From an uncultured delta proteobacterium (GTDB lineage Bacteria > Myxococcota_A > Polyangia > Polyangiales > Houyiibacteriaceae): a DNA stretch of 64,000 nt. The position numbers and the translations under genes were made by a program. The stretch lies in NCBI GenBank assembly GCA_963699755.1, contig CAVOVB010000002.1, positions 288,001 to 352,000 of the forward strand, read 5' to 3'. The notes below the pieces were generated by a model. That model was given only the letters and a program-made list of their open reading frames with translations, was not told the DNA's origin and ran no database searches. The first letter of the stretch is position 1; each line of letters opens with the position of its first letter. Of this stretch, positions 23,813 to 33,961 are shown one piece after another.

Positions 23813-25924
23813 TCAGTAGGTCGCCGTGGCGACCGGCGTAGTCAGGTCGTCTAGGTTGTGGACTCTGATGCCGCCGTAGCTGATCGAGTAGATGAAGTCT
23901 TCGTCGTCACCGCTGATGAAAACGCCGCGGGTGATCTGTGGCTGGTAGCCGCACTGAAGGTAGAAATCGTCTACCGGATACGGGGCGCCAGCGCAGCCAC
24001 TGACGACCAGGTCGGAGTGATCGACGGCGCCGAGACGCTTGAAGCCGTCCGCAACGGTGACCTCATAGAGCTCGAGAGTGCTCGAGAAGTTGCCCTCATA
24101 GGACACGAACGGGAACGCCAACAGACCCTTCTCGGCGTAGAAGTTGAACGCCTTGTGGTTGTGGTTCGCTTCCGAGTAGCCCTCGCCGACGATCTCCTTG
24201 TGCGCAAGGATCGGGTTTGTCGGGTCGGACACATCGAAGATCTGCAGAGCGGTTCCGTTTTCCCTCTGCGTCGTTTCGTCCACATCGCGACCGATCGTCA
24301 ATAGATGGCTGTCAGCAAGTGGATGGATGTATTCGCTGAAGCCCGGGATCTTGAGCTGGCCGAGAACCTTGGGGCTTTCCGGATCGCTGAGATCGATCAC
24401 GAAGAGTGGGTCCACTCGCAAGAACGTCACGACGTAGGCGAGGTCTCCGATGAATCGGGCGGATTCAATCGACTCCCCCTCCGCGAGCGGCGGCGTCGAG
24501 CCTGCAAGCTCGAGCGTGTTGCCCTCGAGCCTAAGGGTGCTCACCAGATTATCCCTAATTGGCGGAATCCAAATCTCCGGCGCCCCAAGATCGGGGTTGC
24601 GGCTCGGCCAAGTGGTACGGGTCGTCGCGAGCCGGATGATCCCGGCCCGCTCATCGATCGAGAACTGGTCGTTGACGGTGCCCTGAACGAAACCCGATCC
24701 CTGATAGGGGGTCCGTTGCTGCTCGGACGAAACCGCAAAACGGTGCACCGCGGTTCGGTCGCTGTTCACGCCACGTTCGTAGTAGGTCCAATCCGGCTGA
24801 GTGAGCACCATCGTCTCGCTGTTGGCATAGACCTGATTCGCTTCGCCCAGAATCGACGTGATTCGGGTCGGGCTATCGCTCGCGATGTCGAGGCCGACGA
24901 TCTGCGTGAGCCCGTAATTAGTGAGGCCCGGCTCCGGCGAGTAGAAGTCGGTGCATTGCACCGGCTGCTCCACAATTTCGCCGTCGATCCGTTCGCCCCA
25001 GACTGGCACCCAGTCCGCCAGGCTCGTCTCGCGAATCGCGTCTTTGGCCTGCGCTGCCCAGATGCGGGCACGAGCGATTTCTGCCTCGCGCGTCTCTGGG
25101 TAGGTTTCGCCGTTGTAGACGACCTCGTAGAGGTGCGGCACGGTGCCCGGTCTTTGCATGCTGCTCTGCACGACGGCGCGAACGATGCCGTCATGCCGAC
25201 GCGAAGAGGTATACCAACCGTCTACGTACACCTCGCGCACCGCCTCGGGCGCATCGCCGCTCAGGTCGATCACGGTGATCTTCACGAAGGAACGGCCGCA
25301 GTAATAGAAGCTGCCGTCGACGTCAGCCAACGCGGGCTCGGGGCCGCCGCCGTAGTAGTAGCCTTGGCAAAGGTCGCCATCATCGAGCGCCTCGACACCA
25401 TAGGCATTGGAGAACACCACGGCGCGGTCGCCTTCGACGAACATCTCCATGGGACCGCCCTCGATCTCGAGGTCGGCGACCTTGGAGGTCTGTGATGCCG
25501 GCCAGGAATCAAACTCGTAGAAACCGTTGCCGCGAATCACGAAGAGCTTCCGGCCGTCGTCGCCGACTTTGACGATGTCCGCCTCGTCGACATCGGCCAC
25601 CTGTCGGTTGGTATCCGAGAATCCGGACGGAGCCTCGGCCCCCGCATCACCCTCGGCCACGGGGGCTCCCGGGAGGAGCGGGCCACCGAAGTCACCGTCG
25701 ACCGCGACCGCGCCGCCCCATCGGTCGTAGTACTCCTGGCTGATGAAGGACTCGAGCTCGAGCTCCACCTTGGCGATCGCGTCCTCTCGAACGGCGTCGA
25801 GCACGTCCTCGCAGCTCGTCGCCTGCCTCAGGGCAGCCTCGTACTGGCTCACCTCCGGGCTGTTCGTGCAACCTATCGAGCCCCCGATCAGCACCAGGCA
25901 AAGCATTCCGATGAACTTTCGCAT
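23813..25924 (-). CDS. Beta-propeller domain lipoprotein (Beta_propel/COG4880-like)
   Basis: Lipobox SIGC; TN.QV.DVDEADIVK, QFSIDE, R.ATT, GE.I.SARF.GD..YVVTF..VDPLFVIDL, LKIPGFSEYIHP; SD AGGAGG. Confidence 0.88.
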   Translation of the reverse strand: MRKFIGMLCLVLIGGSIGCTNSPEVSQYEAALRQATSCEDVLDAVREDAIAKVELELESFISQEYYDRWGGAVAVDGDFGGPLLPGAPVAEGDAGAEAPSGFSDTNRQVADVDEADIVKVGDDGRKLFVIRGNGFYEFDSWPASQTSKVADLEIEGGPMEMFVEGDRAVVFSNAYGVEALDDGDLCQGYYYGGGPEPALADVDGSFYYCGRSFVKITVIDLSGDAPEAVREVYVDGWYTSSRRHDGIVRAVVQSSMQRPGTVPHLYEVVYNGETYPETREAEIARARIWAAQAKDAIRETSLADWVPVWGERIDGEIVEQPVQCTDFYSPEPGLTNYGLTQIVGLDIASDSPTRITSILGEANQVYANSETMVLTQPDWTYYERGVNSDRTAVHRFAVSSEQQRTPYQGSGFVQGTVNDQFSIDERAGIIRLATTRTTWPSRNPDLGAPEIWIPPIRDNLVSTLRLEGNTLELAGSTPPLAEGESIESARFIGDLAYVVTFLRVDPLFVIDLSDPESPKVLGQLKIPGFSEYIHPLADSHLLTIGRDVDETTQRENGTALQIFDVSDPTNPILAHKEIVGEGYSEANHNHKAFNFYAEKGLLAFPFVSYEGNFSSTLELYEVTVADGFKRLGAVDHSDLVVSGCAGAPYPVDDFYLQCGYQPQITRGVFISGDDEDFIYSISYGGIRVHNLDDLTTPVATATY

Positions 25925-25953
25925 TCTCTTCCTCCTAGCTGCGCCTACGAACA

Positions 25954-25969
25954 AGCAAGGGACGTGCCG
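25954..25969 (-). promoter_or_regulatory. Sigma-54 (-24/-12) promoter of the beta-propeller lipoprotein gene
   Basis: Minus strand CGGCACGTCCCTTGCT = GG-N10-GC with GGCACG/TTGC core, correctly placed before the SD and ATG 25924. Confidence 0.65.
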
Positions 25970-26061
25970 AACCAAAACCCTAGCAATTTCAAATTAGCCA
26001 CTGGGCCAGGATGTGCCATTCGGATCAGCCTTGCGCTCTTGTTAGGGACTTCTAATGAAGC

Positions 26062-26082
26062 TGCAATTCATTTTCATTTGCA
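26062..26082. promoter_or_regulatory. Fur-box-like operator
   Basis: TGCAATTCATTTTCATTTGCA (reverse complement TGCAAATGAAAATGAATTGCA), AT-rich, just upstream of the porin SD and ATG 26100. Confidence 0.6.
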
Positions 26083-26099
26083 AGAGGGAGAGAGCGAAC

Positions 26100-27449
26100 A
26101 TGACCAGTCGATACAGCGACTTCGCGCTGATTTGCGGAATGCTGCTGGGACTGACCGGCTGGAGCGACGGAACAGCCAGCCCCCAGGACAGCGCACCCTC
26201 CCCGGAGACCGACGCCCGCACGGACGCTGACACTGGCGCTGACGCTGGCGCTGACGCTGACGCTGACGGCCCTGAAATGATCTTGGCTCCCGGTGAGGTC
26301 GACAACGAAGAGCCCGATCCCGGGCAATACCGGGTCGAAATCGACCCGCTGCGCGGCATGCAGCAAGGGCGTATGCGCCGCGAGCAGAGGACCACAATCG
26401 GCGGCTACGGCGAGCTGCACCTGAACACGGTGAAACCCGAGGACGACGACTTCAGCTGCATCTTGGACTTCCGCCGTTTCGTCATCTTCTTCGCCCACCG
26501 CTTCAACGATCGCTTCCAGTTCTATTCCAAAGTGGAGCTCGAACACGCGTTCGTCGCCAACAGCGACGGTGTGGCGATTCCCGAATTGGTGCGGATCGAG
26601 CAAGCCATGCTCGACTGGCGACTTCTCAAAGGCTCGAGCACGGCGCTCTACCTGCGAACCGGTGCGATCTTGGTGCCGATCAGCATCATCAACCAATGGC
26701 ACGAGCCCCCGATCTTCAACGGCGTCGAGCGCCCAACGGTCGACCGCATCGTCATTCCAACGACCTGGCGAGAAGGCGGCATCGGCATCTGGGGCCAACC
26801 CAACGACAGGTTCCGCTACGAGCTCTACATCCTGAGCGGCCTCGACGCGAGCGGCTTCTCGGGCAGGAGCGGCCTTCGCGGCGGCCGCCTCAAGATGACC
26901 CAGGCGGAGCTCAACGGGCCGGCATTCGTCGGCCGTGCGGAATGGGAGCCCGTGCTCGGCACGGTGCTCGGGGTGTCGCCGTACTTCGGTTTGGCAGGGC
27001 CTCGCCAGCTCCCGGACGTCAACGTGAAAGTCAGCGGAGCCTCCGGCGATCGCCGCATCCTCCGCAAGGGCTTCGAGTCCCGATTCCTGATCGCCTAATT
27101 CGACATCAGCAATACCACCGAGCTTCGCGAAATTCCCGACGGGGAAACGGACCCGATCAGCACGGTCGGCTCGAACATCTTCGGCGTGTACGGAGAGCTC
27201 GGCTACAACGTCCTCAACTACGTGGATACCGAGATGGCGCTGGTGCCCTGCGTGCGCGTTGACTACTACGATACGACCTTCCGAGAATCGGATCCGGACT
27301 TCAACTTGCCAGCCTATCTGGTGCCCACCATCGGGCTGAGCTACCGCCCCATTCGGCAGGTCGTCTTCAAGTTCGACTACCAGTATGAACGGCCGTCCAG
27401 CGGTGCGATCGTCAATCGTTGGAATGTCGGCATGGGCTGCATGTTCTGA
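26100..27449 (+). pseudogene. Outer-membrane porin-like beta-barrel, interrupted by in-frame TAA at 27096-27098
   Basis: TTIGGYGELH, D..RFVIF..H.F, ELEHA, EQA.LD, N.WHEP..F.GVERP, IPTTW.E.G; frame continues past TAA to ..VVFKFDY..C-terminal Phe. Confidence 0.82.
26223..26270 (+). repeat. Low-complexity GCTGAC-type tandem repeat encoding DADTGADAGADADADG
   Basis: Repeated gctgac / gctggc hexamers in the porin N-terminal linker. Confidence 0.7.
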
Positions 27450-27532
27450 GCCGATCCCGAGTCGTGGAACGTGCTTGGTCCGCTCGCCCGATCTCGCATG
27501 GCAAGCGGTCGCAAGCCTGGTACGGTCTGCGC

Positions 27533-28666
27533 ATGCGACTCTTGTTGGCCCTCGTTGCGTCGACTCTACTCGCCTCGACCGCTCACGCGGAGGGCTGGCA
27601 CGGCTCTGCAGCAGGCGGTGCCGACTTCGCGTTCGTCCCCGAGGTGACGGGCTTTGGCTTCGTCCTCTTCGAGGCGACCGGCGAAGACAAAGTCGGAAAG
27701 GGTGATGTTCGCCTTCTCTTCAACACCGATACCATCCACCTGGAGATCGAACGAATTCCCCTAGGCAAGAACTTCGAGCTCTCCGTCGCTCTTCGCGGCG
27801 AAGTGTTCTTCGCTGGACTGCTTCGCTACTACTACGAGCAAGGTCTTCGTCGCTCGGACCTGGGATTCAACGCGAGCTACGTGGCCCTACTGCCCAAGCT
27901 TCAGTGGCACTTCGCAGACCACCAAACGCTCGAGGTCCTCACCAACGTTCGCTACTGGTTCTTCGGCGGCAACAAGGACTACCCACCAGGCTATTTCCTT
28001 CCCGCCAACACCGTGGTGTTCGAGCCGCGGCTCGGATACATTTATTGGAACATCGACTCGCCCGCTGAGGAGTACCGCGCGTCCAAGCTCTTCCCGCGGA
28101 TTGAGGGCGTCGCCGTCGGCGCATCGGTCGGCGCGGACGTGCGCTCCGAGGTGCGCCCATGGGGATTCGTGACGGATCAGCCCGACCGGAACGACCCCAA
28201 CAAGGCGATCTGGACTCTCAACCAATGGCTGCGCGCGGGCTGGCAGACAGGGGACTACTTCCGGCTGGAGCTTCAGGAAACGTTCAACTGGGGCTGGTTT
28301 CAAGATGACCTCACGCGCCTGCGGGTCGGGGGCATGAACCCTTACGTCGTCGTCGTCCCCGGCTTGCCCTGGTCGGCCAGCATCTCGGAGCGCCTCGCGC
28401 TCGCGCAGCTCAGCGGTCACGTCCGACCCAAGAAGGGCAAGCCGCAAGAGCTCGGCCTGCTGGTCGCTGGCGGCACCATCAACGACCCGCGCCGTCAGGG
28501 GCTTCTCAGTGATTTCGCCGGGATCGGCGGTCTCGCCCTCTTCACCGATCTTCGCTGGGGCCGCTGGCAGGTCTACGCACGCCTCGGATGGGCGTTCCCG
28601 ACGAGCTGGCTGCTCGACAACCCACACGTCTCGGGCTTCGTAGGCCTTGGCGTCGACGCGTTCTGA
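27533..28666 (+). CDS. Hypothetical exported protein, probable outer-membrane beta-barrel
   Basis: Signal peptide ending AHA, aromatic/Gly-rich alternating strands, C-terminal GLGVDAF. Confidence 0.7.
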   Translation: MRLLLALVASTLLASTAHAEGWHGSAAGGADFAFVPEVTGFGFVLFEATGEDKVGKGDVRLLFNTDTIHLEIERIPLGKNFELSVALRGEVFFAGLLRYYYEQGLRRSDLGFNASYVALLPKLQWHFADHQTLEVLTNVRYWFFGGNKDYPPGYFLPANTVVFEPRLGYIYWNIDSPAEEYRASKLFPRIEGVAVGASVGADVRSEVRPWGFVTDQPDRNDPNKAIWTLNQWLRAGWQTGDYFRLELQETFNWGWFQDDLTRLRVGGMNPYVVVVPGLPWSASISERLALAQLSGHVRPKKGKPQELGLLVAGGTINDPRRQGLLSDFAGIGGLALFTDLRWGRWQVYARLGWAFPTSWLLDNPHVSGFVGLGVDAF

Positions 28667-28672
28667 ACCGCC

Positions 28673-29254
28673 TCACGGAAAGGTGACGAGGAGCAGCTTG
28701 ATCTCGACTTCGTCTTCGAGGCTGATCTTCGCGGCGACGCTGTCGGTGCCGATGCCATAGTCGTTGCGATCGAGCGTGAGCTTGCCCTTGTAGGCCGTGG
28801 TATCCACGCCGGCACCGTTCTTTCCTTTGGCGATCTTGAATGGGATGCTGACCAACTTCGACACACCGTGCATCGTCAGGTTGCCTGTCGCGACCAGTTG
28901 ATTTCCTTGCATCTTCACCCCGGTAGAAGCGAACCGAATCATGGGATACTTCGCAGCGTCGAAGAAATCCGGACCCTTGAGGTGATTGTCCCGTTTGACG
29001 TTCTTGGTGTTGAGCGAATCGACCTCGATGTTGGCCTCCACTTTGACGGTCTCAGGCTTGCTCGGGTCGCCATCCACGATGACGCTGAATTTCTCGAACT
29101 CGCCGTCGACGTCAAACAGCACCGTAGCCGCGGTGAAGCTCACTTTGCTGTGAACCGTGTCGAGCTTGAGGGGCGAAAAAGCGGCAAGAGCCGTCGAGCT
29201 GAGCAAGATGGCGCCGAGCGTTACACCGAGGACGTTGCGAATCGCATGCTTCAT
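28673..29254 (-). CDS. YceI family periplasmic polyisoprenoid-binding protein
   Basis: Signal peptide, D..HSKV.F, G.F, RDNHL..PDFFD..KYP.I.F, G.LTMHGV, DR.DYG. Confidence 0.93.
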   Translation of the reverse strand: MKHAIRNVLGVTLGAILLSSTALAAFSPLKLDTVHSKVSFTAATVLFDVDGEFEKFSVIVDGDPSKPETVKVEANIEVDSLNTKNVKRDNHLKGPDFFDAAKYPMIRFASTGVKMQGNQLVATGNLTMHGVSKLVSIPFKIAKGKNGAGVDTTAYKGKLTLDRNDYGIGTDSVAAKISLEDEVEIKLLLVTFP

Positions 29255-29324
29255 GGACTGTTTCCTTTCGTTGATGGCCCTGCGTATGCATGAGCCATTG
29301 GGATGTTTCAGACGGCCACCTGGC

Positions 29325-30227
29325 TCAGGTCGCGGCAGCCATCGGCACGGGATCTTGGTGAATGATGACCTCCGCGTTGGGCAGGAGAGCCAGGATGCGT
29401 TCTTCGACCTCATCGGCGACCGCGTGAGCCCGGGTCAGTGGCAAGCCGTCGTCGAGCTCGAGATGGAGCTGAACGAATCGAAGTCGGCCCGATCGGCGGG
29501 TGCGAAGATCGTGAACCCCAAGCACATCCGGATGCGCTCTCGCAATCGCTAGAATCTCCTGCTGAACCCCGGGCTCCAGCTCCCTGTCCATGAGCTGTTG
29601 GAACGCTTCCGCTGCGATGCGGACCGCGCTGTAGAAAATATAAGCAGCGATTCCGATGGCGAAGACGGAGTCTGCCCAGCCCCAGCCTAGCGAAGCCAAT
29701 CCGAGGCCAGCGATCACGGCGAGGTTCGTGAGGAGGTCGGTCACATAATGCAAGGCGTCAGCTCGAATCGCCGTGGACTCGGTCTGTCGAATCACGCTGC
29801 GCTGAAGCGTCAGGAGCCCGGCCGTCACCACGATCGAAAACACCATGACGGCGATACCGACTTCGATGTCGCGCAAAGGCCGCGGGAAGCGCAGACGATC
29901 GATCGCGTGAAACAGCAAGAACACCGCCGAGCCGCACACGAAGCCAGCTTGGGCTAACCCCGCAAGCGGCTCTGCCTTACCGTGACCGAAGCGATGCTCG
30001 GCATCGGCTGGTACGAGCGAATACCGAACGGCGACCAAATTGATCGCGGACGCAATGCTGTCCATCAGGGAATCGACCAGGGATGCAAGCATGCTTACCG
30101 ACCCGGTCCAGAGCCAGGCAAGCAGCTTGACCGTGATCAAGACGAGAGCCGTGAGGACGGAGGCATACGTGGCACGTCGCAATTGCTTGCCGTATGCCGC
30201 CAGCGGAGCTTGCCCAGGGGTGCGCAT
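29325..30227 (-). CDS. fieF: Cation diffusion facilitator (FieF/YiiP-like)
   Basis: SLVDSLMD, PAD.EHRFGHGKAE, ADALHY..D, HDLRTR.SG, IIHQDP. Confidence 0.92.
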   Translation of the reverse strand: MRTPGQAPLAAYGKQLRRATYASVLTALVLITVKLLAWLWTGSVSMLASLVDSLMDSIASAINLVAVRYSLVPADAEHRFGHGKAEPLAGLAQAGFVCGSAVFLLFHAIDRLRFPRPLRDIEVGIAVMVFSIVVTAGLLTLQRSVIRQTESTAIRADALHYVTDLLTNLAVIAGLGLASLGWGWADSVFAIGIAAYIFYSAVRIAAEAFQQLMDRELEPGVQQEILAIARAHPDVLGVHDLRTRRSGRLRFVQLHLELDDGLPLTRAHAVADEVEERILALLPNAEVIIHQDPVPMAAAT

Positions 30228-30306
30228 CTTTCGGAGACGGGTTCTTGAATCCAGGAGGCCCACCTGTCCAGAGAACCGGCGCGGATGAACGATGGCAAGG
30301 CCGAGT

Positions 30307-30927
30307 CTAGCGACCGCGGGCCCTGCGCCAGACCGCGAACGGTGATTTGCGCTGTCGCGCGGCGGCGATGAGCGTGCCCAGCCACGCACCCGGCAAGAAC
30401 ATGATGTTGATGAGTAGCTCGTCGAAGAGTCGACTTCCCGGGTTTGGTTGGCCACGGCGGCGGTCGGAGAGCGCGTTGAGGGTGTTGGCGATTCGGTTGG
30501 CGACAGTCATCACGCGAGCCACGTCTTCGATATCGCTGCGGGCTTGAAGCCCCAACGCGTCGCCGAGTGCTTCCTGCGAATCTTCCTGGGCGACGGGCGC
30601 GAAATCGGCCTTGACTCGTTCTCGGGCGTGCGCGATGGCCAACCAAGTCCGTCGATCAAATGCGCTCTCGTCGATGCTCTCGAGCGCTGCGAGCTCGGCG
30701 GCCGACACCCCTGCTTCGAGCGCCATTCTGCTGTGCGCGTGCTCGCACATCCTGCAGGCGTTGACCTGTGCGACAGCAACGATGATCTTCTCTCGCAGCG
30801 CCGGCGACAAACGCACGCCAATCCAGATCGACCAGAGTGCCGGTATGCGTCGCAGGACCGTGCCGAAGTCCCGGAAGAGCTCGGGCACGGTGTAGACCCT
30901 TGGAACCGGGCGAGGGGGAAGTTCCAC
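30307..30927 (-). CDS. AhpD/carboxymuconolactone-decarboxylase-like protein
   Basis: REKIIVAVAQVNACRMCEHAH (CxxC..H). Confidence 0.8.
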   Translation of the reverse strand: MELPPRPVPRVYTVPELFRDFGTVLRRIPALWSIWIGVRLSPALREKIIVAVAQVNACRMCEHAHSRMALEAGVSAAELAALESIDESAFDRRTWLAIAHARERVKADFAPVAQEDSQEALGDALGLQARSDIEDVARVMTVANRIANTLNALSDRRRGQPNPGSRLFDELLINIMFLPGAWLGTLIAAARQRKSPFAVWRRARGR

Positions 30928-31796
30928 TATCGCTCCTCTCCTTGCGTACCGAGCAGGCGCTTGACCATGTCATGTATTTCATGAAGGCGCTCGCTCATGT
31001 GATCCCGCTGCTTGCCATCGAGCAGGTCGAACACGAACAGAAGCGTCTTTCGGCCGTCGGCTCGACGCTCTTGGGGGGACCGGGTGCCGGAGCCCCAATC
31101 CTCGCGTTGCATCCAGGCGTTCCAAAGGAGATCGCGGATCGCCGGCGCGCCAGGGTGTTCGTGCATCCGGTCGGCGATGTCGGCTAGGCGCTGCTCATCC
31201 GCTCTAAGTCGGTCGGGCGCCTCATCGGGCATGGAGGCCACGAACGATCGAATTGCCTCCTCCTGTGAATCGCTCAAGCGCCCCGACCATTCTTCGATCG
31301 CCTCGACGAACTTCTCTTGTCGACTCTGAAGCCGCTCGTCCTTGGGCGCGTTGAGCTCATCACGGGTCTCTTTGAGCCGTTCGTTGAGCACGCGCTGGGC
31401 GTGATCGATCTGCGCATCGCTCAGGGTTGCCAAGATGGGAGCGGCCTCATCGAGGATCCAAGAGACCGCCTTATCCATGAGAATGTCGACCTGGCGCTCG
31501 AGAATGAGGATCTTCTTCTCCGTCATTCCCCGAGCGAGCGCTCGATCGACGGTCGCAACCAAGAGGTCGAGCCTAGGTCCCAGGACCTCGGGCGCCGTCG
31601 CGATGACCCGATCAACTGCCGCACGCGTGGCTGTCCGCTGCGCGTCGTCGAGATCGAAGACCGCGGCGATCTTGCCCGTTGCCCATCGCGCCCCCAGATT
31701 CTGAAGGACACCGGTGCAGCCCGCGGCCAGCGCCAGACCCAAGAGCAGCACGACGAGCGCAGCCTGTCCTGGGGAACGCTCCTTACGGCGATCCAT
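30927..31796 (-). CDS. Helical lipoprotein (DUF6279-like)
   Basis: Lipobox AAGC; FDLDDAQ, LSDAQI, W.GRLSDSQ repeats. Confidence 0.65.
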   Translation of the reverse strand: MDRRKERSPGQAALVVLLLGLALAAGCTGVLQNLGARWATGKIAAVFDLDDAQRTATRAAVDRVIATAPEVLGPRLDLLVATVDRALARGMTEKKILILERQVDILMDKAVSWILDEAAPILATLSDAQIDHAQRVLNERLKETRDELNAPKDERLQSRQEKFVEAIEEWSGRLSDSQEEAIRSFVASMPDEAPDRLRADEQRLADIADRMHEHPGAPAIRDLLWNAWMQREDWGSGTRSPQERRADGRKTLLFVFDLLDGKQRDHMSERLHEIHDMVKRLLGTQGEER

Positions 31797-32379
31797 AGCC
31801 TCCTTTGCCCCACATCGCACCGATCCCGAGACCGATCAGCGGCCCCTTGATGCCGACACCATCCACAGTCACCGGAATGATCACGTTGCCGGCGCGCGCG
31901 TCGAGTCCGATCCAGAACTCCTTCCGGAGCCGCCAATAGAGAACGCCGCGCAGGTATCCACTCATCACGAAGTCGTTGCGAGCGCCGACTCGTGCCCAAC
32001 CCAGGTCGAACATCGCGCCGGCCCCGAACCAGTGATCGGGGTCACCATTGCCCCAGAGCGCGCCGAGTGCGCCGCCCACAGTTCTCATGTTCTGTTCCAC
32101 TGAGGCGATCGTCCGGCTCCCGAAGCGGGCAAACCCTTCACCGGTGATATGGAGACACTTGTCCGTAGGTCTCCAGACCGCTCCGGCAGCGAAGCCGATC
32201 AACGCGGCGTCGGCATTCGGATAGATCCGAGTGCTCGAGAAGAGGTCGACGAAGAGCCGAGGCGCTTCTCTCTGATTGCACGCGACCTCGGCCAACGCGG
32301 GCTGTGCAAGGGGCAGAAGCAAGATCACGAGAAGCCCAGCAAGCGATCGGCGAAGGAGAGCTCCAGATGATTCGTTCAT
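31783..32379 (-). CDS. Hypothetical exported protein
   Basis: Signal-peptide-like N-terminus, beta-rich, translationally coupled in operon. Confidence 0.6.
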   Translation of the reverse strand: MNESSGALLRRSLAGLLVILLLPLAQPALAEVACNQREAPRLFVDLFSSTRIYPNADAALIGFAAGAVWRPTDKCLHITGEGFARFGSRTIASVEQNMRTVGGALGALWGNGDPDHWFGAGAMFDLGWARVGARNDFVMSGYLRGVLYWRLRKEFWIGLDARAGNVIIPVTVDGVGIKGPLIGLGIGAMWGKGGYGSP

Positions 32380-33083
32380 GACTCTCGCTCCAGGTGCAGC
32401 TTGACCGGGGCGGTGTGCTCGAACGCCAACTTGCCTTGCCATCTTCGAATGAAGAAGAAAGCGATGGCGACGCCAGCTACGACGAGCACGATGATCAAGG
32501 GGCCGAATCGATCCCAGGGCCAGCTCGCAATCGGATGCACGGCCAGCCAGGCGTTGATCTGCGTGCCGAGCAGAGTCATGAGCGCCGTGAAAGGGACGAC
32601 TCCCAACATCGTCCCGACCAAGAAGGCGCCAACTCTCACGCGCGACACGCCGAGCGCAAACTGCAAGGTCGGCGCAGTGTAGAAAAGGAGTCGGAGAAGC
32701 AGCACCGTCCTCAATCCACGCGTGGCCAAACGCTCATCCAATCGACGAATGCCAGGTGGAAGGCGTCGCTGGACCCAAACGCGTCCGGCGAAGCGAGCGA
32801 ATCCAAATGCGGCAATCGACGCTGCGACGGTGCCCGCCCAGCTGAGAGCGAACGCGGTCACCGGCGCCCAAACCAGCGGGGCGCTCAGCAGAAATAAAAC
32901 GCTTCGCACTCCGAGGGGCTGCAAAACGCAGTAGGAAAGAACGAACATCAAGCCGCCCCAGGCTCCTGCATCCAGCAGCCATCCTCGCATCCCCTCGGGG
33001 TCGAGCGCCGGGCGAACGCCGCCGGCGTAGAGCCAGCCAGCTGCCCCCAACACGACCATGACCAAGGCGATTCGGACGCGCAT
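32376..33083 (-). CDS. DedA/VTT (TVP38/TMEM64) membrane protein
   Basis: F..ARF.GR, VLLLRL, GVSRV..AFL.GT.LGVVP. Confidence 0.85.
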   Translation of the reverse strand: MRVRIALVMVVLGAAGWLYAGGVRPALDPEGMRGWLLDAGAWGGLMFVLSYCVLQPLGVRSVLFLLSAPLVWAPVTAFALSWAGTVAASIAAFGFARFAGRVWVQRRLPPGIRRLDERLATRGLRTVLLLRLLFYTAPTLQFALGVSRVRVGAFLVGTMLGVVPFTALMTLLGTQINAWLAVHPIASWPWDRFGPLIIVLVVAGVAIAFFFIRRWQGKLAFEHTAPVKLHLERES

Positions 33084-33090
33084 CCAAGCC

Positions 33091-33354
33091 TCAGGGCTCC
33101 GTTGTCGCTCGGCGTAGCTGCTGGAGCAAGCGCGCCATCACGTCGAGCCCTGCTTTCGGACCGTGCTCGGACTCTTTGCGAAGCGCTACAAGCATCGAAC
33201 CGAAGTTTTGGCCGAATCGTTCGCAATTGGGGCAGCCAAGAAGGTGCCCCTCGACCTTCTCGACGGTCGATTCGTCGAGCTCGCCATCCACGTACTCGCT
33301 CAGGAGCTCCAGGACTTCGAAACAACGAAGGCCACCGACATCACGTTCGATCAT
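33091..33354 (-). CDS. Zinc-binding (zf-HC2/ZAS) anti-sigma factor
   Basis: C.EVLELLSEYVDGEL...HLLGCPNC; directly follows ECF sigma. Confidence 0.9.
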   Translation of the reverse strand: MIERDVGGLRCFEVLELLSEYVDGELDESTVEKVEGHLLGCPNCERFGQNFGSMLVALRKESEHGPKAGLDVMARLLQQLRRATTEP

Positions 33355-33961
33355 TGCGGGCTCCTTCCCCGTCACGTGGGTTCCCAGCGGAGCTGGCGCG
33401 AAGCGCTGCGGCAAGCCGTAACCGCGCCCGGTGCAAACGACTCTTGAGTGCCCGCTCGCCTATGCCCAGAACCTCCGCTGCTTCCGGCCCGCGCAATCCT
33501 TCGACATCCCTCAAAATCACAACCTCTCGGTCGATGGGTTGCAGCACTTGGAGAGCGCGCACCAGAGTCTCTCTACGCTCTGCTGCGATGGCGAGAGCCT
33601 CCGGGTTGTCGCTTCCCCAGCCGGCCTCGAGACCGAGTGTCATCAGCGGTTCCTCCATGAGTTGCTCCTGGCCGTGCTTCGTCCGAAGCCGGTAGGCCGC
33701 GTTGCGGGCGATGCTGAGCAGCCAGGTTCGAACCGAAGCCTCACCGCGAAAGCTGGCCGCGTTTCGGTATGCGGATAGAAACGTCTGCTGCAGGGCATCT
33801 TCAGCGCTCACGGGGTCATCGGTGACGATGGTCGCCAGGCGGAGAACCGCCGCCGCGTGACGCTCGACGAGAGATTCGAACGCGCGGCGGTCTCCTGCGG
33901 CGGTTTGCGCAACGAGGTCACGGTCAGAGCTCAGGTCGTCTTGCTTGCGTCGATCGGGCAT
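33341..33961 (-). CDS. ECF sigma factor
   Basis: GD..AF..LV.RH, AEDALQ.TF, FRGEAS.RTWL..IARN, LRDVEGL, KSRLHRAR. Confidence 0.93.
   Translation of the reverse strand: MPDRRKQDDLSSDRDLVAQTAAGDRRAFESLVERHAAAVLRLATIVTDDPVSAEDALQQTFLSAYRNAASFRGEASVRTWLLSIARNAAYRLRTKHGQEQLMEEPLMTLGLEAGWGSDNPEALAIAAERRETLVRALQVLQPIDREVVILRDVEGLRGPEAAEVLGIGERALKSRLHRARLRLAAALRASSAGNPRDGEGARNDRT

Noticed and set aside
26005..26018. Second sigma-54-like motif TGGCACATCCTGGC (minus strand)
   Set aside because: GG-N9-GC spacing; sigma-54 requires N10
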